From Neocallimastix sp. 'constans' (lineage: Eukaryota), in contig JBODTK010000013.1 of assembly GCA_050613775.1 (NCBI GenBank), positions 1,426,001 through 1,490,000 on the forward strand: DNA of 64,000 bases. The letters are read 5' to 3'. Shown here in pieces: positions 55,755-64,000 of this stretch (position 1 is the stretch's first letter; every line of letters begins with the position of its first letter). A model generated the notes under the pieces. That model saw only the letters and a program-made list of their open reading frames with translations. It was not told where the DNA came from and ran no database searches. Position numbers and translations under genes: made by a program.

Positions 55755-56230
55755 ATCTTTCCTTCAAAGTGTGGAAACTATTAAAAGAGACATTCGAAAA
55801 AGGAGAAGAAGAAAAGAAAACTGAAATTAAGAAGACTGTTAGAAGAAAATGAAATATGACACAAACGAAGATATAGAAATATTCTTGTCGAATATGAATA
55901 ATATCTTCAGCAAACATAAGAACTTGGGTGAAAACGTTAATGAAGAAAGGAAATTCAATTATCTATATAATTCTTTCCCAGATGACTTAGTTCAAATCAC
56001 GAATATCATTATAATCAAGATAATTGGGAAGAATGCATCGAACAATTAAAAAGAGCAATTCTAAGAATTAAATTCCTCAAAAAAAAAAAAAAAAATTCTA
56101 ATAACTCTATTTAAAATTACCATTTAACACCAAATAATATCACCCCAACTAATTAAAAGACGATATCCAACAAGAATCCCAAGAGAAAGAGTAATAACTA
56201 GAGTAATAACTATTTCAGGACAAGAGAATA
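55755..56230 (+). mobile_element. Ty1/copia gag fragment (frameshifted)
   Basis: SFKVWKLLKETFEK..(fs)..MKYDTNEDIEIFLSNMNNIFSKHKNLGENVNEERKFNYLYNSFPDD fits the copia gag (UBN2-type) pattern W..L...F / M...I..Y/F..L..LG..V......L.SLP. Confidence 0.75.
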
Positions 56231-56559
56231 CTATTAAAAAATAAAAAATAAAAAATTTAGCTTTTTTTTTTTTTAATAACAAAAGTTAATAATTAATTTA
56301 TAAAGTATTAATATATGGATCAGTTATTTCTATTTTTAAAAAATGGATAGATTAATATTATTTCTACTTTTAATATATTCTTATAATGAAGATATCATCT
56401 AAATGTTAATATTTTCATATATAAAAAATGGAGGATGATCTTTGATAATCCTTTCGAGTTTTATTGTTTGTACTGACTGTATTATTATTTTTCGAATATG
56501 CTGGTAATTCTTGAATTTAAATTTTTGAAAATAAGGGTTAACAGATACATTTTCTTGAG

Positions 56560-56975
56560 TAAAATAAATAGTTGAAATATAAATATAAAGTACAGATTGA
56601 ATAAAATAAAATAAAATAAATAGTTGAAATATAAATATGAAGTACAGATTGAATAAAATAAAATAAAATAAAATAAAATAAATAGTAGAAATATAAATAT
56701 AAAGTACAGATTGAATAAAATAAAATAAAATAAAATAAAATAAATAGTTGAAATATAAATTTAAAGTACAGATTGAATAAAATAAAATAAAATAAAATAA
56801 ATAGTTGAAATATAAATATAAAGTATTGAATAAAATAAAATAAAATAAAATAAAATAAAATAAATAGTTGAAATATAAATTTAAAGTACAGATTGAATAA
56901 AATAAAATAAAATAAAATAAATAGTTGAAATATAAATATAAAGTATTGAATAAAATAAAATAAAATAAAATAAAA
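56560..56975. repeat. ~55-62-bp minisatellite, ~7 copies
   Basis: Unit aaataaatagttgaaatataaat(a/t)taaagta(caga)ttgaat(aaaat)n. Confidence 0.92.
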
Positions 56976-57011
56976 TATATAAATAAATAAATAAATAAAT
57001 AAACGAACAAA

Positions 57012-57043
<32 letters not shown>

Positions 57044-57124
57044 AAATAATTATTAATGATTAAATTATGAATAATAAATTATTGAATGGTAAGAATTAAT
57101 AAATGGTAAGAATTAAGTAATTAG

Positions 57125-57155
<31 letters not shown>

Positions 57156-59337
57156 AAATAATAAATAATAAATAATAAATAATAAATAATAAATAATTAA
57201 ATAATAAATAATAAATAATAAATAATAATAAATAATAAATAATAAATAATAAATAATAAATAAATAATAAATAATAAATAAATAAATTATAAAATGTTTT
57301 TAAATATTTTCTTAATTACTTCATAACAAAAAAGACTGAACTAATAAATATTAATGTATTTAAATTTAAACAATAAAATAAATAATAAATAATTAAATAT
57401 ATATATAAAAAAAATAATAATAATTAAATATAAATAATAAAATAATTAAATATAAAATAATTAAATATAAATAATAAAATAATTAAATATAAAATAATTA
57501 AATATAAATAATAAAATAATTAAATATAATATAAATAATAAATAATTAGATATAAATATTTTATTTTAAAGTAAAAATTTTTGTATAAATAATAAAATAA
57601 TTTCTTAAAAACACTTCATAATTAAAAAAGAAAAAAAGAATAATTAATACTAATTTTCTTAGAATAATTATTAAAATAAATAATTAAATATTAGTAGTAA
57701 ATAATTAAATAAATATTTTACTTTTTAAATATTAAAAAATCAAATATATTTTTAATTAAATACATTGATTAAATATGTTTAAATATGCTTTTTTTTTTTT
57801 TTTTTTTTTTTAACATAAAATATGTTCTTATTCAATACTTTATTAATAACTTATATATTATAAAACAAAAAATTCTTTTTAAAATGTATAAAAAAATAAT
57901 GTTAAATATATTCATAACTTTTATATCTATATTATTAATTTTATGAATACTATAAAATTAGTAAACATGAAGGTTATAAAAAAAAAATTTTTTTTTCTAA
58001 AACTTTTATTTATATTATTTATTTTATATTGTTTGAAAATTTGTATTTTTAGTTTAAATTTTTAATTAACACTTTATTCAATACTTTCATTTTTATTATA
58101 ATTTTTAAATATTAAATAGTATATTACAAAATAAATAGGATACATTATAATAATATATAATTTTTAAATTTTTTTTTTTTTTTTGAATCTTTTTTATAGA
58201 TTTAAAGAATATTTTATTTTGTTAGATATATATAATGAAAATTTCAAGAATATTTTATTTTGTTAGATATATATAATGAAAATAGATTTAAAGAAATATT
58301 TTATTTTATTTCAATTTTTTTTTAAAATAAATATAAAAAAGATAATATAAAAAAACTTTAATCCTAATAAATAAATAATAAATAAATTACGAATAAAAAG
58401 ATAAATAAATAAAGAATAAATAAATAAATAAATATTAAATAAATAATAAATAAGTAAATAGATAAATAATAAATAAATAGATAAATAATAAATAAATAGA
58501 TAAATAATAAATAAATAGATAAATAATAAATAAATAGATAAATAGATAAATAATAAATAATAAATAAATATTCTAATAATATTATATATCACCATTAAAA
58601 AGATTAATAATATAATAATAATAATAAATACATAATACATAATACATAATACATAATTAATAATAAATAATTAATAATAAATAATAAATAAATAATAAAT
58701 AAATAATGAAAAATTAGATAAATAGATAAATAATAAATAAATAATGAAAAATTAGATAAATAGATAAATAATAAATAAATAGATAAATAAATAAATAGAT
58801 AAATAAATAAATAAATAAATAAATAAAAAGTAGAAAATAAATTAATGAATAAATATAATAATAATAGTTCAAAATTTATCCTTTTCATCATATTTTAATA
58901 AATATTATTTAAAAAAAAATTTAATTATTATTATTTTTTTTTATTATTTTTTTATTTTTATTTTTATTTTTATTTTTTTTTTTAATCTTTTAATTTTTCT
59001 AATATTTCTTAGTTTTATTTTTATTAATGTGAATTTTATAAACTTAGAATTAAAACTTATTATTATTATTACTACTACTATTATTATTATCTTTATATTA
59101 TATAGGTATTGTTTCTAAATATTTATTTATGATGCAATGTAATTATTATTTATTTTATTATTATTATAATCATAATTATTTTTATCCTATTATTTTAATG
59201 TTATTGCATCTAAATTTTTTTTTAAAAAAAAAAAAGATAAAGAATTAGTTTACTTATATATATAAATATATATATATTTTATATTTATATTTTATTTTTA
59301 TTTTTATTTTTTTTTATTTTAATTCTTCTCTTTTCTT

Positions 59338-61187
59338 CTAAAATTCTATGATTTTACCGGACATTTTTTCTTCCATTTTTTCTAAGGGTATACCTTTACT
59401 TTCTGTACAGGCAATAATAGAAAATAAAGCTCCAATAATACAATTTAATGTAAAGAAAATACAAAATTTTGATCCCAATAAATCGTAAAAAATGGGACAA
59501 AGTATCATAAATATTAAAAGATTTATACGGCTGGTGAGCGTTCCAATGGCGGAACCTTTCGTTCTTATTCGAATTGGGAAAATTTCTGCTTTATAAATAA
59601 ATGGTACAGGTAACCAGGTAGAAATATAGATAGAAATGAATAAGACGATACTGACATCGGATAATCTTGAACTAATTGAGAATGACTTAGAATCCATGGC
59701 TTCCATACAAATGTCATTAAATTTTGAGTAAAGATAATCGTTACCTTTGGTCTTCGTAATTTCGGTAATATCTTTATCCCATGAAATTTTATTTGAATTT
59801 TCTCTGCAATAGTAAACATATTTATGACATGAATCACTGAATAGATCTATACCAAGTTCATTATCATGAATGAAAGGCGAAGAATTCTTTTCGGTTTTAC
59901 AATTATCAAAATTGGTAAATAGGGGGGTTGAGGAATAAAGGGGTGTAGCTGATAAGTTTCTGTTCTCAGAGGAGGAAGATGAGGGGGTGTGAGGGAAAGC
60001 AAAAATGTTAAAGATGTTGATGATTAGCATTATCAACATACCGATGAGCAATAACGATTTTCGTCCATATCGATCAATCAAAGAAAAGCATACAAATATT
60101 ATAAAAAAAGATAAAATAGATATTAAAATGATGGGTATAACTATTAAACTTTCAAATTCTGTACTTCCAATCCCTGAAAAAATTTGAGAATGAAAACATA
60201 AGAAAAAGGTAATGCCTGACCATTGCTGAATACTATTCATAAAAATAATATTGAAGGTACGACGACGAATGGAGGGAATGAAAAGTTCTGAATAATTTGA
60301 ATGTCCTATTGCTCGATTAATAATGGCATCATTTTTAATATTGTCAAATTTTTCCTGTAATTTGGTATCGCTTAAGGAGGTTGTATTATAAATTTTAGCC
60401 ATGGTTTGAAGTGCTTCAACGTTACATTCATCAAAACATAGCCATCTTGGTGATTTTGGTATTATGAAAAGCAATCCAGAATAGAGAATACTAATAAATG
60501 TTTGTATTAAAAAAGCAAGTCGCCATGCCATATTATTAATGGGTTCAGAAGGATCTTTTCTTGATATGCTTGACAATTCTATAAAATCAAAATCAGATTT
60601 ATAAAATATGTAACCATTTATAATACCAGAAAAGATTATACCAACTATCATTAACATATAATACAGATATGAAATTTCACCTCTTGATTTTGCCGGAATA
60701 AGTTCTGAAATATATACAGGACAAATAACATTAAAACTGCCAAAAGATAAACCTAAAATAAACCGACAAATGGCTATCCAAAAATAAGAACGTGATGAAC
60801 AGACTTGTAGGAATGCTCCGACTGCAAAAACCAAAGAAGTAACAATCATTGTTTTTCTACGACCTAATCTATCTCCAAGATAAGATATTATTAATGCTCC
60901 ACAAATGGAACCAAAAACATGACCTGCTGTTATAACTCCTTCAATAAAATTATTATCATCTGTATCTACTAAATTACGAGATTCACGGAAGTTATCAAAT
61001 ATGTTCTCTGTATTACCATTCGTGTCACGATAGAAACCATTCCATGTTGCTAATCCATAATATATTCTAAAGGAATCCATTATAAATACTAGCTTCATTA
61101 AAATTATATCATAACCATAAAGGAAACCTGCTCCTGCTGCTATAATAGCAGAAACATAATTAAAATTTTTAAATACTTTATTTAACA

Positions 61188-61188
<1 letters not shown>
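59338..61188 (-). CDS. MFS sugar porter family transporter
   Basis: 616-aa intronless ORF; GFLYGYD, DRLGRR, RFILG, PVYISE..P...RG, WR, PKSPRWL, QQWSGI, DRYGRK, AEIFP..R.KG, ESKG.PLE. Confidence 0.95.
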
Positions 61189-61219
<31 letters not shown>

Positions 61220-61488
61220 TGATATATATAGTTATATTTATTATTATTATTATTTTTATTTTATTTTATTATTGTTTTGGTATATTACAATTAATGTATA
61301 TTTTATTTATTTATTTATTATTATTATTATTATTTCATTTATTGTTTTTTTTTTATATATTTAAATATTTAAGATTGAATAAGAAATACTGAAAAATTTG
61401 AATTATTTATTTTACTATTGATTTGGTATATTACAATTATTGTATATTTCTTTATTTATATTATTTCTTTATTTATTTATTTATTATT

Positions 61489-61543
<55 letters not shown>

Positions 61544-62637
61544 AATTAAATATTCAAGATTGAATAAGAAATACTGAAAAATTTGAATTGTTTGTTTTAA
61601 TAAATAATTATTAAAAATTGTTTATTTTTTTTTTTTTTTCTTAATATTTATTTATTAGTTTGGTTATTTTTGGTATATGGATAATAATATATATGTTATG
61701 GAAAATTATATTAAAATATTTAATATTGTTGGATTCGTTTTTTTTTTTATGTTTGGTGAAATTTATTTTTAATTATTTTTTTTTTTATTTCATTTGTTCT
61801 ATTTTAATTATTAATTTCATTTAATTAATTATAAAATAAAATAAAATAAAATAAAATAAAATTAAATAATAATAACAGTTAACAGTTATTATTATTTTTT
61901 TGTTTAATATTTTGAAATTTTATTATATGTTATTTATTGAGAATTATATTTATCTCTATGTATACCCTATTTATCTGTCTTACTATTTATTATTATTAAT
62001 ATTATTTTCAATAAAAAAAAAAATTTTTTTTATAAAAATAAAACTGTAGTAGTATGTTTTAAATTATCTTAAAATTTAAAATTATTTACTTTTTAAATGT
62101 AAACATAGAAATACATGTTCTTATTATTAATATCCTGTTTCGTTTATTAAAGTTAGGAAAATAATAAAAATAGTAATAGAAGAAAAGAAAAAAAAAATTT
62201 TTGATTTAAATTTTAAGATGAATATATATTTAAATATTATATATATAATAAAATATGTCAAAAGAATTTAAACCTTTTTTTTTTCTATTCCTTTTTTTTT
62301 TTTTTTTTTTGTGTAACAATTTATTAATATAAAATATTCTAACTATGATCGAATTATTATATTATTATGAAAAAGAAAAAAAAGATTTTCTAAAATAATT
62401 TTGTTTCAAATGAAATATATATAAATTAATAATTTTATGTACTTTTTATTTTTACTTCATAAATAAATAATATATATAAACATATATGTTAATAATAATA
62501 ATAATATATATAATAAATCCTATAAAAATCTATTTTGAGGCTAATAATATACTTCATAAACTAAATCAAATTAATGTAGAAAATATTCATTTTTTACTTT
62601 ACATTTTATAAATATTAAATATTTAAATAATTATGTT

Positions 62638-62678
<41 letters not shown>

Positions 62679-64000
62679 CATAAAGTTTAATAAGAAATAT
62701 AATAAATATATAATATATAATTTGTCAATAATTATATTAAAAAAAATAATTAAACAACTTTACATATTTTTTTAAATTTAAAATTATTTCAATATTATAA
62801 AATATTCTTATTATAATTCTATTTAAATTAAATATAATAAAATAAAAAAAAAAATATTTAAATATAAAATATTAGAATATTATTAATGAAATAATGTCAA
62901 TTTGCATTAATGATGATAAAAAAAAAATAGTAAAATGTAAATTAAAATTTTAATTTTTATATTTATTTAAAATACAATTAAGACAAAAAGGATTTTATGT
63001 TGAGAAATCTTTTTTTGCCTTATTTCTTCAATTATTAAATAATTTTACGGAGATTAAATAATGTAAAATAATCTATTTTAATATATTCCTTTATATTTAT
63101 GTATATATATATATATATATTTTTTTTTTAATATGCCATGTATGTTACACAAATAAAAATCATTTATATTAATCATTAAATATTAATATTCATATTAATA
63201 ATATATAATACATATTTATATATATATATTTTTATTATAAAAAAAAAGGGAATGGTGATATGCTAAAATAATTGAATACTTTTCTTTTTATAAGGATTAT
63301 TCATTTTCTGAAAATGTGGATTATTAAAATTTTAATAAATAATTTTAAAAAATAATGGTCATATTAAGATTAAAGATTTCATTATTATTATTATTATTAT
63401 TATTTTATTATTATTATACTTTTTATATTTATTTTTTAAAAAAGAAAGTTTTTTAAAAAATAATATTGATATTTTCATTATACATATATATTATTGAATC
63501 TATAAAAAATATTTAAAATAAAATAAAAAAAAAAAATTAAAAAATAATCTTTATATTAATTTATATTAATATGAAAATTAAAATTAAAAGCTTTATATTT
63601 TAAATTTAAATATAATGTATAAATAAAATATGCATTAAAAAAAAATATTCATTAAAAATAAAATATCATTTTAAAATAAAATATTTAAATAAAAGTATTA
63701 GTAAAAAAAAAAATATATATATATATATATATTTTTAACCTCATTAATTTTGTAGTATTCATAATATTAATGATATAGATATAAATGTTATTAATAAAAA
63801 TATTTAATATTGGTTTTATTTTATATTATACTATAAAACAAAAGTTTTCCATTAAAATGTATAAAATATTATTAAAATAAAAATATTTAATAGAAAATTT
63901 GTTTTATAATATTCATAAAATTAATGTTATAAATATATAAGTTATTAATAAAAATATAAAATTAATAATAATAATAATAAAATATTTATTTTGAAATATT

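Noticed and set aside
56399..57010. 203-aa repetitive ORF / CRISPR-like periodic array
   Set aside because: Minisatellite whose variable parts are only (AAAAT)n; no unique spacers and no cas genes.

Overview
Extremely AT-rich, intron-containing fungal DNA, most consistent with an anaerobic gut fungus (Neocallimastigomycota). This is inferred from composition, a fungal LYS2, a cilium-associated CXorf65-like gene and LRR-CBM18 architecture. Intact host genes: Pcl-type cyclin, LYS2 (3 exons), CXorf65/C22orf15-like gene (missed by the ORF track), Amt/MEP ammonium transporter, cofilin and a sugar-porter MFS transporter. Mobile DNA: a 5'-truncated but open LINE ORF2, three short 3' copies of a second LINE family, a copia gag remnant, a probable MULE remnant and a probable MITE. 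The most striking structure is at 39.8-45.3 kb: an old non-autonomous copia-like LTR element (two ~200-bp LTRs, PBS-like site, polypurine tract) without recognisable gag-pol. It carries an intact, intronless, bacterial-type L,D-transpeptidase (YkuD) gene, has a tRNA-derived SINE with a 10-bp TSD nested in its left LTR, and is bracketed by two inward-facing LINE 3' fragments. Also notable are a decayed Kex2-type prepro-peptide gene with a cationic amphipathic N-terminus and 11-residue Trp repeats, and an LRR-CBM18 gene apparently split by an inversion. All calls were made by eye; no searches were run.
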